The notes below the pieces were generated by a model that did no database searches, was not told the DNA's origin, and saw only the letters and a program-made list of their open reading frames with translations. The translations under genes were made by a program, and so were the position numbers. Positions 29,287 to 39,032 of a stretch of 64,000 nucleotides of DNA are shown here, piece by piece; position 1 is the stretch's first letter; each line of letters begins with the position of its first letter. Source of the DNA: Lysobacterales bacterium (GTDB lineage Bacteria > Pseudomonadota > Gammaproteobacteria > Xanthomonadales > SZUA-5); contig JALHMH010000003.1 of NCBI GenBank assembly GCA_022844165.1, positions 160,001 to 224,000 of the forward strand, in the 5' to 3' direction.

Positions 29287-29356
29287 GGGACAGATGCTCG
29301 GAGCGGAACAACAATCGTCAGCGAAACAACAATCTTGGGGTGCGACGGCGAGTACA

Positions 29357-30283
29357 TCAGGCTGCTCTACCCTTGGCATCATCCAACAGATTCATGAACA
29401 GCTCTTCCAATCGGTTCGTCTTGTTGCGCATCGAGCGCACGCCGATGCCTGCTCCGCTGAGCGCGCCGAACAAAGCGTTGAGCTCAGTGCCGCGCGGCAC
29501 TTCGATTTCAATCGTCAACTCGTCGATACGCGTGACCCGATAGCCGCCAAGTTCAGGCAACGTTTCAATGGGTCGCGCCAGGTCGAAGATGAAGTGTTCC
29601 CGGTCTAGTTTGCCGAGCAGCTGTTTCATCCCGGTGTGCTCGATGATCGTACCGCGGTCGATAATGGCAATGTTCCGGCAGAGGTTTTCGGCCTCTTCAA
29701 GATAATGCGTCGTTAGTATCACGGTAGTGCCGGCACGGTTGATGTCTGTCAGGTAGGTCCACATCGAGCGGCGGATTTCAATATCCACGCCGGCCGTTGG
29801 CTCATCGAGAATCAGCAGGCGCGGCTCGTGCATCATCGCTCGCGCAATCATGAGCCGGCGCTTCATGCCACCCGAGAGCGTGCGCGACGCAACATCCTTC
29901 TTGTCCCAGAGGGTCAGCTGATTCAGGTACTGCTCGGCGCGGCGTTTGGCGAGTTCACGCGGTACGCCGTAATAACCGGCTTGGTTGACCAGGATTTCGA
30001 ACGGCTTCTCGAACTGATTGAAGTTGAATTCCTGCGGGACCAGGCCGATGTGCGCCACGGCTGCCATACGGTCGGTGACGACGCTTTTGCCGAAAATGCG
30101 CACGTCGCCAGAACTCGGGCGCACCAGCGAAGAGGCGATACCGATCAAGGTTGACTTGCCCGCGCCGTTCGGCCCGAGCAGCGCGAAGAAATCGCCTTGC
30201 GCCACGTCCAGCGAAATGCCTTTGAGCGCCTCGACACGATTGCCATAGGTCTTCTTCAGATGAGTTGCCGAAAGCGCGTGCAC
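29357..30283 (-). CDS. ABC ATP-binding protein (YadG-like)
   Basis: GPNGAGKS, LSGGMKRR, ILDEPTAGVD, LTTHYLEEAE, NRLEELF. Confidence 0.93.
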   Translation of the reverse strand: MHALSATHLKKTYGNRVEALKGISLDVAQGDFFALLGPNGAGKSTLIGIASSLVRPSSGDVRIFGKSVVTDRMAAVAHIGLVPQEFNFNQFEKPFEILVNQAGYYGVPRELAKRRAEQYLNQLTLWDKKDVASRTLSGGMKRRLMIARAMMHEPRLLILDEPTAGVDIEIRRSMWTYLTDINRAGTTVILTTHYLEEAENLCRNIAIIDRGTIIEHTGMKQLLGKLDREHFIFDLARPIETLPELGGYRVTRIDELTIEIEVPRGTELNALFGALSGAGIGVRSMRNKTNRLEELFMNLLDDAKGRAA

Positions 30284-30459
30284 TTGGGCTCAGGGTCGAC
30301 TGCGAGGCGGCGCAGTATAGAGGCAGGTCGGCGCCCCGAAACCTTCGGTCCGCCGTTCCTGATTCGCACTTCGGCGCTTTGCGACCGATGGCACCTGACA
30401 GCGAATGCCCTTTGCGCTAATGTCCGCGGTCATTTTTTGCACGTCGAAGGATTGCACCG

Positions 30460-32619
30460 ATGAGATCGCTTGCAGTGGCCGTCGCTCTGAGTTTCGCTGC
30501 ATCGCATGCAGTGGCTGTCGAAGGCATGTGGCAACCGCATCAGTTGCCGGCGATCGAGGCGCAGTTGAAGGCTGCGGGCATCGCCGTCGATCCGAAGGCG
30601 CTCAAAGAACTCACGCAGTATCCGATGAACGCTATCGTGGGCCTGGGTTTTTGCACCGCCTCCTTCGTTTCGCCGATGGGCCTTGTGGTGACCAATCACC
30701 ATTGCGCGTATGGCTCGATTCAATTCAACTCAACGGCGGAAAAGAACTTGCTTCGCGACGGCTTTCTGGCGGCGAATCTGGGCGATGAGTTGCCTGGCGA
30801 ACCGACGCTGCGGGTTTATGTGACCGAGTCAATCACCGAAGTGACCGACAAGGTGCGCGCTGATCTGAGCGATACGATGAGCGGTCGTCAGCGTTTCGAT
30901 GCGATCGACAAAAACCAAAAAGCGCTGGTTGCCGAGTGCGAAGCCACCAAGGGCTTCCGTTGCGATGTTTACGTGTTCCATGGTGGCGCATCGTATTTTT
31001 TGATTCGGCAGATGGAAATCCGCGACGTGCGTCTGGTGTACGCGCCCGCCGAAGCGATCGGCAAGTTTGGTGGCGATATCGATAATTGGATGTGGCCTCG
31101 CCACACCGGCGACTTTGCGTACTATCGCGCCTACGTGGGACCTGACGGTCAGCCGGCAGATTTTAACGAAGCCAACGTGCCATACCGGCCCAGGTCGCAT
31201 CTAAAAGTGCAGCCAGCAGGCGTGAAAGAGGGCGATTTTGCGATGATCGCCGGCTATCCGGGGCGCACCAACCGATATCGGCTCAGCGAAGAGGTTGGCG
31301 ATGTTATTTCCTGGGGTTATCCGACCCAGATTCAGCGCTTCAAGGACTTACTCGCAATCATCGATCGCGAAACCAAAGACCGGCCAGACGCAGCGATCAA
31401 GTACGCAGGCGCGGTCGCCGGTCTCAACAATGGGCTGAAGAACTTCGAGGGCAACCTCGAAGGGTTCGCCAAAATCGATGGCGTCGGCATCAAGCAGGCA
31501 GAAGAGCAGGCGATCATCGAGTGGGCAAAAACCAACGATCCGGCCGGTGTCGCTGGGTTCGATGCATTAAAATCGATGCTCGCCCAAACACGTGCTCGCC
31601 GCGACCGCGATCAACTGCTGGGATTGATGGCACAAAGCGGCGCACTCACCACAGCGCAAACGCTGTATCGGCTTGCCGTCGAGCGGCGTAAGCCGAACGC
31701 CGAGCGTGAAGTGGGTTTTCAGGAGCGCGACGAGATCCGCATCGAAGGGCGGCTCAAGCAGCTCGATCGTCGTTACGACCCACAGACCGATCGTGCGCTA
31801 CTCACCTATGTGCTGGGCGAGTACTTAAAGCTCCCCGCCGAGCAGCGTGTCGCCGAGCTCGATCGCTGGATGGGTGGTGATGAGTCGCCGACGTCAGCGC
31901 TGCTCAACGAGCGTCTGGATGATCTTTATGCAAAGACCAAGGTTGGCGATCTCGAGCAACGCCTGAAGTGGTTCAAGGCAGACCTCGCTGCGCTTGATGC
32001 CGAGTCCGATCCGCTCATCGCTTACGCGAAAGCGCTGTTCCCCGCTTCACTGCGGTTGGAGAATGAGCGTAAGTCCATCGCCGGCGATGAAACCCGTCAC
32101 CGTCCAGCGTGGATGGCAACGCGTATCGCGTATGCCAAGGCGCAAGGTCGCGTGATCTATCCGGACGCCAACAACTCGCTGCGCGTCACGTTCGGCAATG
32201 TGATGGGCTATCGCCCGCGCGACGGCGTGAGCTACGCGCCCTTTACCTATCTGGACGGCATTGTCGAAAAGCACACCGGCAAAGATCCCTTCGATGCCAC
32301 GCAGCGCCAGCTCAAAGCGATCGCCGACAAGCGCTTTGGGCCGTACGCGGTCGACGGCCGCGTGCCGGTGAACTTCCTGGCTGATCTTGATATCACCGGT
32401 GGAAACTCCGGCTCGCCGATGTTGAATGCGCGCGCAGAACTGATCGGCCTGGCCTTTGACGGCAACTACGAAGCGATCAGTTCTGGTTGGATTTTCAACG
32501 AAGAGCTGACACGCACCATCGGTGTCGATGTGCGCTACATGCTCTGGGTGATGGACGCCATCGATGGCGCGCACCGTTTGCTTGAAGAGATGGGCATCAA
32601 GCCGGCGTTTGCTGAATAG
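30460..32619 (+). CDS. S46-family dipeptidyl peptidase
   Basis: Signal peptide, EGMW, CTASFVS..GL..TNHHC, DNWMWPRHTGDF, YPDANNSLR, DITGGNSGSP, GLAFDGN. Confidence 0.95.
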   Translation: MRSLAVAVALSFAASHAVAVEGMWQPHQLPAIEAQLKAAGIAVDPKALKELTQYPMNAIVGLGFCTASFVSPMGLVVTNHHCAYGSIQFNSTAEKNLLRDGFLAANLGDELPGEPTLRVYVTESITEVTDKVRADLSDTMSGRQRFDAIDKNQKALVAECEATKGFRCDVYVFHGGASYFLIRQMEIRDVRLVYAPAEAIGKFGGDIDNWMWPRHTGDFAYYRAYVGPDGQPADFNEANVPYRPRSHLKVQPAGVKEGDFAMIAGYPGRTNRYRLSEEVGDVISWGYPTQIQRFKDLLAIIDRETKDRPDAAIKYAGAVAGLNNGLKNFEGNLEGFAKIDGVGIKQAEEQAIIEWAKTNDPAGVAGFDALKSMLAQTRARRDRDQLLGLMAQSGALTTAQTLYRLAVERRKPNAEREVGFQERDEIRIEGRLKQLDRRYDPQTDRALLTYVLGEYLKLPAEQRVAELDRWMGGDESPTSALLNERLDDLYAKTKVGDLEQRLKWFKADLAALDAESDPLIAYAKALFPASLRLENERKSIAGDETRHRPAWMATRIAYAKAQGRVIYPDANNSLRVTFGNVMGYRPRDGVSYAPFTYLDGIVEKHTGKDPFDATQRQLKAIADKRFGPYAVDGRVPVNFLADLDITGGNSGSPMLNARAELIGLAFDGNYEAISSGWIFNEELTRTIGVDVRYMLWVMDAIDGAHRLLEEMGIKPAFAE

Positions 32620-32657
32620 GAGTGTTCGCAGCGAGCACGGGGCGTGCTCGCTGTGAC

Positions 32658-33239
32658 TCAAATCAGCGCAGCTGCTTCGCGCAAATACATGGCGGTCTGC
32701 GGCAGCCGGTTACGTTCAAGCGCATCGATGAACGATTCTGGCGTAAACGGCGGATTGCGTAGTCGATCGCGCATTTTCTTGAACGCCGTCAGCACCCGCA
32801 GAGGATCCAATTCAATTTGGGCGATCAAGAACTCGTCGGGATGCAGCACTTCGATTCCAAATGAAGATACTGTGGAGTCAGGAAAGTCGCGTAGGTTGAA
32901 GGTGACAATGCAGTCCGCATGTCCGCTGATAGCGGCCGCCAGGACATGTTGATCATCCGGATCTGGCAGGCTCAGGCTTTTCTCTAAGGGCAGCCAGGCG
33001 GATTCTGAGACTTCCCAATCCGGGCAAGCCAAGTGCATTTGCTCGCAGCGATCGCCAAAAAAGCCCTTTGGCTTGCCCTTTTCGGACTCCAGATTTCGCG
33101 TCCACTCTTCGTCAATCTTGCGTGTCCATTTGGCGGCATAGATGCCTGTAGCGGCGACGCTCAACAGAGCGTCGCAAACGCAAATGGGTAACAACACGCA
33201 GGCGTCGAGCAGTACCGTGTAGCGAGCATGTCCGGCCAT
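32658..33239 (-). CDS. PIN-domain protein (VapC-like toxin)
   Basis: VLLDACVL, IDEEW, LPDPDDQHVLAAA, IVTFNLRDFP, HPDEFL. Confidence 0.88.
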   Translation of the reverse strand: MAGHARYTVLLDACVLLPICVCDALLSVAATGIYAAKWTRKIDEEWTRNLESEKGKPKGFFGDRCEQMHLACPDWEVSESAWLPLEKSLSLPDPDDQHVLAAAISGHADCIVTFNLRDFPDSTVSSFGIEVLHPDEFLIAQIELDPLRVLTAFKKMRDRLRNPPFTPESFIDALERNRLPQTAMYLREAAALI

Positions 33240-33247
33240 GAGCCCGA

Positions 33248-33715
33248 TCAGTACGTCAGGCCCAGGTCCTGAGCGTTTCTTGCCATTCGCTCTAAAGCGG
33301 CCTCCTGCCTAGCACGCATACCTGCGGCGTATTCCAACACGTCGTCGTACAGGACCCGGCGATGGGAGCCGACTTTGCGATGTTTCATTCGACCCTCATC
33401 GATTTCCTTGATCACAAAAGGGCGCGAGACATTCAGAAAATTGGCGACTTCGACCGTCGACAACTCTTGTTTTTGCGGTACAAGCACGATTGGCCTGCGC
33501 TGGGACATGAGCCCCAGCACTTTGCCGATGAACTTCAGAACGTTGGGTGGCACGGATACCGCTGGAATCGACTCGCTGTCGCTGACCAAACTGATCCGCG
33601 CAGCGCGGCCATGATCGAGCGACTCGATAATCAGGCGTTGCGCAGCATCCACCATCGCAGCATCGTCGGCGCTCAACTCGGGAGGCACCAAACGATCCTT
33701 GTCGAGCGTAGCCAT
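33248..33715 (-). CDS. Excisionase-like (HTH_17) DNA-binding protein, probable antitoxin
   Basis: ELSTVEVANFLNVSRPFVIKEIDEG...KVGSHRRV; AAGGAGA RBS; lies directly upstream of the PIN gene. Confidence 0.85.
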   Translation of the reverse strand: MATLDKDRLVPPELSADDAAMVDAAQRLIIESLDHGRAARISLVSDSESIPAVSVPPNVLKFIGKVLGLMSQRRPIVLVPQKQELSTVEVANFLNVSRPFVIKEIDEGRMKHRKVGSHRRVLYDDVLEYAAGMRARQEAALERMARNAQDLGLTY

Positions 33716-33789
33716 GCACTTCTCCTTGAGAGAGGATAGTCAACTATAGTGCGCAAGTGCAATAAATGCAGCAAGTGAAACATGTTCGT

Positions 33790-34374
33790 TCACGCCCGAA
33801 ATCGTGGCAGCGCATCCACGATATGCTGCAAGCGCTCGCGTGCATTCGTCATTTCCAGCATCCGCTGACGCTCGGGCAGGGAGAAGGGCAACATCTCGGC
33901 GAGGCGATGGCTGACCCAACTGGCGTCGTCCAGTTGCGCTTTGCTGGGCGCCGCTCCCGGCAGCAGATTTTCGATGAGGTTGCTGGCCAGAGTGCCGAGC
34001 AATGCGTACTCAGGTGGAAGCGGTTCGCCGGGTTCGGCCAACAGCGTCGAGATTTGGCCGAGCAGCAAGCCGTCGTCACGCGAATGCGCGCGATCGACAT
34101 GAAAGCGCACACCGCCCTGAACGCGAATGCCGAGCAGTCCATCGGGCAAGGCATCGAAGTCGACGATATGCGCCAACGTGCCTGTAGCGACGACACTGGA
34201 GGCCTCGCCAGCTTCCTGTCCACGCATCAGCAGCAACACACCAAAAGGCTTACCATCTCGCGTGCAGTCGCGAACCATCGATAAGTAGCGCGGCTCAAAA
34301 ATGCGCAGATTCATTTGGCCGCCAGGAAACAGCACGGTCGATAACGGAAACAGCGGCGTGTCGGGCTGGCTCAT
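33790..34374 (-). CDS. LON peptidase substrate-binding domain protein
   Basis: PLFPLSTVLFPG..LRIFEPRYLSMV; no ATPase or protease domain. Confidence 0.9.
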   Translation of the reverse strand: MSQPDTPLFPLSTVLFPGGQMNLRIFEPRYLSMVRDCTRDGKPFGVLLLMRGQEAGEASSVVATGTLAHIVDFDALPDGLLGIRVQGGVRFHVDRAHSRDDGLLLGQISTLLAEPGEPLPPEYALLGTLASNLIENLLPGAAPSKAQLDDASWVSHRLAEMLPFSLPERQRMLEMTNARERLQHIVDALPRFRA

Positions 34375-35732
34375 GGGTCAATCATCGCTGCAAAGCGCTG
34401 CGCAGCACCCTCGAAACCGCCATTGCTCATGAACACCACGCGATCGCCAGCGCGTGCTTCCGTGCGGACAGCGGTCAGCAGTTGCTCGACGCTCGACGCA
34501 ACCCGCAGACGATCGGCGATCGGTGCCAACGTCGCTTGTGCGTCCCAGTTGAGGGCCGGCTGCGCCAGCACAAAAACTCGATCGGCCGTAGCGAATGCGG
34601 CAGGCAGTGTGGCAGCGTGCGCACCCTGGCGCATGGAGTTACTGCGCGGTTCCATGACTGCCAGCAGCCGTCGGTCCGGATCGCGTTGTCGGATGCCCGC
34701 GAGTGTTGTGGCGATGGCGGTTGGATGATGCGCAAAGTCATCGTACACCTCGATCTGTGAGTCTAGATCAACGCGTTCAAGGCGACGCTTGACGCCGGCA
34801 AAGTGCGGCAGAAGCGCGCACGCTGTGCTTGGATCGACACCGGCCGCGTGAGCCGCGGCGACAGCGGCCAGGGCGTTACGCACATTGTGCGTGCCCAGCA
34901 GTTGCCAGTGCACGTCCGCTACGTGGGCGCCCCGGTGGCTGAGCGAAAAAGCGCTGCCATCCGGGCGCAATAGTTCGCCGCGCCATTCCACGTCGGCGCA
35001 CAATCCGAAGCGCTCGATGGGCGTCCAGGCGCCCATCGCCAGCACTTCGGCCAGCGCCTTGTCTTCGGCATTGACGATCAGCCGCCCACCGCGCGGCACG
35101 ATCCGCACGAGGTGGTGAAATTGACGCTGGATGGCCTGGATGTCGGGAAAGATATCGGCGTGGTCGTACTCGAGGTTGTTGAGAATCGCGATGCTGGGCC
35201 GGTAGTGCACGAATTTGCTGCGTTTGTCGAAGAACGCCGTGTCGTATTCGTCGGCTTCGATGACGAACCACCGGGAGCCTCCGAGCCTGGCCGACACCGC
35301 AAAATCCTGAGCCACGCCGCCGATCAAGAATCCCGGCGCCAACCCGGCGCGATCGAGCAAAAAAGCGAGCAGCGTTGTCGTGGTGGTTTTGCCGTGCGTG
35401 CCAGCCACGGCCAGTACCGTGCGGCCATCCAGCACTCGCTCTGCCAACCACTGCGGGCCGCTGACGTAGCGTCGGCCGGCATCGAGAATCGCTTCGACTT
35501 CCGGGTTGCCGCGACTGAGCGCGTTGCCCACGATCAGTTCCGTGGGCGCTGCTGGCAAATGGTCGCTGCGATAACCCTCGAGCACATCGATGCCGAGCGC
35601 GCGCAGTTGAGTACTCATCGGCGGATACACGGCTTGATCGCTGCCGGACACGCCCAAGCCCAACTCGCGTGCCAAAGCGGCGATGCCGCCCATGAAGGTG
35701 CCGCAGATTCCGAGGATGTGGACTGCGTTCAT
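34371..35732 (-). CDS. mpl: UDP-MurNAc:L-Ala-gamma-D-Glu-mDAP ligase (murein peptide ligase)
   Basis: HILGICGTFMG, AGTHGKTTT, IEADEYDTAFFDKRSKF, DDFAHHPTAI, EPRSN, MSNGGF. Confidence 0.96.
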   Translation of the reverse strand: MNAVHILGICGTFMGGIAALARELGLGVSGSDQAVYPPMSTQLRALGIDVLEGYRSDHLPAAPTELIVGNALSRGNPEVEAILDAGRRYVSGPQWLAERVLDGRTVLAVAGTHGKTTTTTLLAFLLDRAGLAPGFLIGGVAQDFAVSARLGGSRWFVIEADEYDTAFFDKRSKFVHYRPSIAILNNLEYDHADIFPDIQAIQRQFHHLVRIVPRGGRLIVNAEDKALAEVLAMGAWTPIERFGLCADVEWRGELLRPDGSAFSLSHRGAHVADVHWQLLGTHNVRNALAAVAAAHAAGVDPSTACALLPHFAGVKRRLERVDLDSQIEVYDDFAHHPTAIATTLAGIRQRDPDRRLLAVMEPRSNSMRQGAHAATLPAAFATADRVFVLAQPALNWDAQATLAPIADRLRVASSVEQLLTAVRTEARAGDRVVFMSNGGFEGAAQRFAAMIDP

Positions 35733-36241
35733 CCGAGCAACCAGCCAGCAATCGATTCATGGATCACAACCAGCGAAAAAGCCAGCGCAAAGGCCAGCCA
35801 GAAGCCAATCTGCAACGCATGACGCAAAATGTGCGCGTCGATCACGAAGGTCCAGATAAAGAGCCCCAACAATCCCAGTTGCAGGAATTGCACACCCAGG
35901 TCCATGCTGCCCTCGTTGCCCAGCAGTGCCTGGCGAATTGGCAGGGCAATCAGGGTGATGGCAATACTGACCGCGCAGGAGGCGATCACTGTCTGCTGAA
36001 AGCGTTCGGCAAAGCCGAACAGCCAGAGCACCGCGTACAGCAGTCCTAGATTCAGGGCCAGGCGCGCGATCACCACCAGTGGATCGTAGTCTTCGCCAAT
36101 GATCTCCAGATGCAGGAGACTCGCCAGCAGTGTCAAAAAAATGAGTTGTCCGAAGAGAGCGTGCGAGGCCGGGGCATCGGCTGGCGATGCGCGCAGTGTC
36201 ATCACGTCATAAGTCCAAGACAGAAAAGCCGTCAAACTCAT
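35729..36241 (-). CDS. Hypothetical multi-pass membrane protein
   Basis: About 5 hydrophobic segments; RFQQT and HILRHAL motifs; its stop overlaps the mpl start. Confidence 0.75.
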   Translation of the reverse strand: MSLTAFLSWTYDVMTLRASPADAPASHALFGQLIFLTLLASLLHLEIIGEDYDPLVVIARLALNLGLLYAVLWLFGFAERFQQTVIASCAVSIAITLIALPIRQALLGNEGSMDLGVQFLQLGLLGLFIWTFVIDAHILRHALQIGFWLAFALAFSLVVIHESIAGWLLG

Positions 36242-36475
36242 ATGGAAGACATCGAATTGGACGCGCGTGGTCTCATGTGCCCGGAGCCTCTGGTGCAAAC
36301 CAAGTTGCGGCTGAAGAGCATGCCACCGGGAAGCGTACTTGCGGTGCGTACCGACGACCCACTGGCGCCACTGGACTTGCAGGCGCTTTGCCTGCATTCA
36401 GGCCACGAATGGCTTGGCAGCGTAGCCATCGTTGGCGGCGCGTGTTCGCGAATCCGCAAGAATCCGACTACATAA
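36242..36475 (+). CDS. TusA/SirA-family sulfurtransferase
   Basis: LDARGLMCPEPLV (CPxP), LAVRTDDP; 77 aa. Confidence 0.82.
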   Translation: MEDIELDARGLMCPEPLVQTKLRLKSMPPGSVLAVRTDDPLAPLDLQALCLHSGHEWLGSVAIVGGACSRIRKNPTT

Positions 36476-37025
36476 GCGCCAGGACCCGATCGAGGATCTG
36501 GTCAACGCTGCCCTCGCCAACGACACGTTTCAAGCGCCCATCGCGTTCGTAGTATTCCAGTACCGGTGCGGTCTGCTGCTGGTACACGGCAAGTCGATTC
36601 GCCACCGCCGCCGGGCTGTCGTCGGCGCGTCCTTCGGCCTTGGCACGGCCCGCAAGACGGGCGAGCAAAGCGTCTTGGGGTACGTCCAGTTGCACGACGA
36701 GGTCGAGCGGCAACTGCAATCGCTCAAGCAAGCCGTCCAACGCTTGCGCCTGCGCTTCATTGCGCGGATAGCCATCGAGAATGAAGCCGGACGCCACATC
36801 CGACAGTCGAAGGCGTTCTTCGAGCATGCCGAGCACGACTTCGTCGGAAACGAGGTTACCCTTCTCCATCACTACTTTGGCCTGCAAGCCGAGCGGCGTC
36901 CCCGCCGCGACGGCTGCGCGCAGCAGCTCGCCCGTCGAGATGTGCGCGATGTTCAGGCGCGACTTCAAAAGCGCCGCCTGTGTGCCCTTGCCAGATCCGG
37001 GTGCCCCGAGCAGTACGATCCGCAT
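36468..37025 (-). CDS. adk: Adenylate kinase (short-LID type)
   Basis: LGAPGSGKGTQ, HISTGELLR, FILDGYPRN, GRADD. Confidence 0.95.
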   Translation of the reverse strand: MRIVLLGAPGSGKGTQAALLKSRLNIAHISTGELLRAAVAAGTPLGLQAKVVMEKGNLVSDEVVLGMLEERLRLSDVASGFILDGYPRNEAQAQALDGLLERLQLPLDLVVQLDVPQDALLARLAGRAKAEGRADDSPAAVANRLAVYQQQTAPVLEYYERDGRLKRVVGEGSVDQILDRVLALM

Positions 37026-37302
37026 GAAAGCTTGCATCCGATAGAAAACCAAGCTCCTGAACCTAGCGCGCGTGCCGGGGTTGAGTCAAACGGCGGACGC
37101 GTGGCGCCCCCGCCAAGCCACAAAAAAGGACCTCATTGCACCCTCTTTAGCCCGACCGACTGGGACTCGCAGGCGAACGGAATCCCGAACCCACGATTTC
37201 TCACTGGCCCGCTGTGGTCCATGCCGTTCAATTCGCGGCTTTGCTGCGTGCCCCGTGTTGCACAGTTATAGTCGGTCTGGACGTTCTTCCGAGTTTCAAG
37301 CC

Positions 37303-38565
37303 ATGCCACGCGCCAATCTTTTGTACGCCCAATCGGGCGGCGTGACCGCCACAATCAACGCCACAGCGGCAGCTGTGATCGAAACGGCAGCCAAACACCC
37401 ATCAAGGATCGATCGCGTGTATGCCGCCAAGAACGGCATTCTGGGCGCTCTGCGCGAAGAGCTGATCGACGTGCGCCTGGAGCGACCGGATGCGCTGCGG
37501 GCATTGAAACATACACCCGGCGGTGCGTTTGGCTCGTGCCGTTTCAAGCTCAAATCGCTGGAACAGGATCGACCCCACTACGAGCGCGTCGTCGCCGTAT
37601 GTGCGGCGCACAATATCAAGTACTTTCTCTATAACGGCGGCAACGATTCTGCGGATACCACGCACAAACTCGCGCAGATCGCACAACAACTGGGCGTCGA
37701 GCTGCATTGCATCGGTGTGCCAAAGACGATCGACAACGACCTGGCGGTGACCGATGTGTGCCCCGGATTCGGTTCGGTGGCCAAGTACATTGCGATTTCG
37801 ACGCTCGAAGCCAGCCTTGATGTGATGAGCATGGCTGAGTCGTCGACCAAGGTATTCGTTCTGGAAGTGATGGGCCGCCACGCGGGCTGGATCGCGGCAG
37901 CGGCTGGGCTCGCCGGCAAGAGCGAGAACGATCCACCGCACATCATCTTGTTTCCCGAGGTTGTGTTCGACCGCGCCAGATTCGTCGCAGCGGTGAAGGA
38001 TGCGGTCACCAGGGCAGGGTATTGCACCGTGGTGGTTTCGGAGGGATTGAAGGACGCCAGCGGTAAGTTTCTTGCCGAAGCGGGCACCAAAGATGCCTTC
38101 GGCCACGCGCAGCTGGGCGGCGTAGGGCCGGCGATCGCCGAAATCGTGCGCGCCGAACTGGGCTACAAATTCCATTGGGCGGTCGCGGACTACCTGCAAC
38201 GTTCCGCGCGCCATATCGCCTCGCGCACCGATTTGTTGGTCAGCAGCAAAGTCGGCGAAGCCGCCGTGAAGCTTGCGCTGGACGGCCAAAATGACGTCAT
38301 GCCGGTCATCAAGCGCTTATCCGATCGCCCGTATAAATTCAGGATCGAGGTTGCCGCGCTCGCCGATATCGCCAACCATGAACGCAAAATGCCAGCGAAC
38401 TTCATCCGCGAGGATGGTTTCGGCATCACGGCTGCCGCTCGGCGCTATCTGGCGCCATTGATCGAAGGGGAAGCGTACCCTCCCTACAAAGACGGCATGC
38501 CCGGTTACGTGCAGCTCAAGCGCAGGTTGATCGCCAAAAAGCTCCCGGAGTACCTGGTCAAATGA
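37303..38565 (+). CDS. pfkA: 6-phosphofructokinase, probably PPi-dependent
   Basis: AQSGG, GSCR, NGGNDS, PKTIDND, EVMGRHAGW. Asp in GGND together with Lys in PKTIDND is the PPi-type signature. Confidence 0.9.
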   Translation: MPRANLLYAQSGGVTATINATAAAVIETAAKHPSRIDRVYAAKNGILGALREELIDVRLERPDALRALKHTPGGAFGSCRFKLKSLEQDRPHYERVVAVCAAHNIKYFLYNGGNDSADTTHKLAQIAQQLGVELHCIGVPKTIDNDLAVTDVCPGFGSVAKYIAISTLEASLDVMSMAESSTKVFVLEVMGRHAGWIAAAAGLAGKSENDPPHIILFPEVVFDRARFVAAVKDAVTRAGYCTVVVSEGLKDASGKFLAEAGTKDAFGHAQLGGVGPAIAEIVRAELGYKFHWAVADYLQRSARHIASRTDLLVSSKVGEAAVKLALDGQNDVMPVIKRLSDRPYKFRIEVAALADIANHERKMPANFIREDGFGITAAARRYLAPLIEGEAYPPYKDGMPGYVQLKRRLIAKKLPEYLVK

Positions 38566-39032
38566 GTGGTGCGATCTGGTTGATGCTGGCCATCGCCGCA
38601 CAAGGCGGCCTGCTCGCGGCACTCGCCAAGACCCGTTTTTGGCGTGCCATGGGTATTACAGTGGTATTGGCGGCACTGACCACATTGCTGCTTTGGCAGG
38701 CCACACGCGGCGGCACGGTGCGCACCGAAGCCTGGTTGGTTCTGACCTCATTACCGCTATGCGCGATCGGCGCTTTTGCCTGGCACAAGAACTTAGGCAA
38801 AACGGCGATGCTTCTGGGCGTCGTGTTGACGATCGCGATGCTGCTGGCCTGGGCGTGGGCGCAAGATGGCGCTGATCCGATCGCGCCTACGATCGTCTAC
38901 TCGATTCTCGTTCTGATCGCAATGCTCGCGCTGTTTCTGATCGGCGGCTGGTTGCTGATGCAGACATTGATCGAGCGCACTCGACAAGCGGACGCGGAGC
39001 ACGCCGCCGCCGTTGTCGAAAGCAAACATTAG
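38562..39032 (+). CDS. Hypothetical membrane protein
   Basis: About 5 TM segments; ATGA overlap with pfk. Confidence 0.65.
   Translation: MSGAIWLMLAIAAQGGLLAALAKTRFWRAMGITVVLAALTTLLLWQATRGGTVRTEAWLVLTSLPLCAIGAFAWHKNLGKTAMLLGVVLTIAMLLAWAWAQDGADPIAPTIVYSILVLIAMLALFLIGGWLLMQTLIERTRQADAEHAAAVVESKH

Noticed and set aside
33248-33715. Excisionase as a sign of a prophage or integrative element
   Set aside because: No integrase, att repeat or tRNA is nearby; pairing with a PIN gene fits a TA module.
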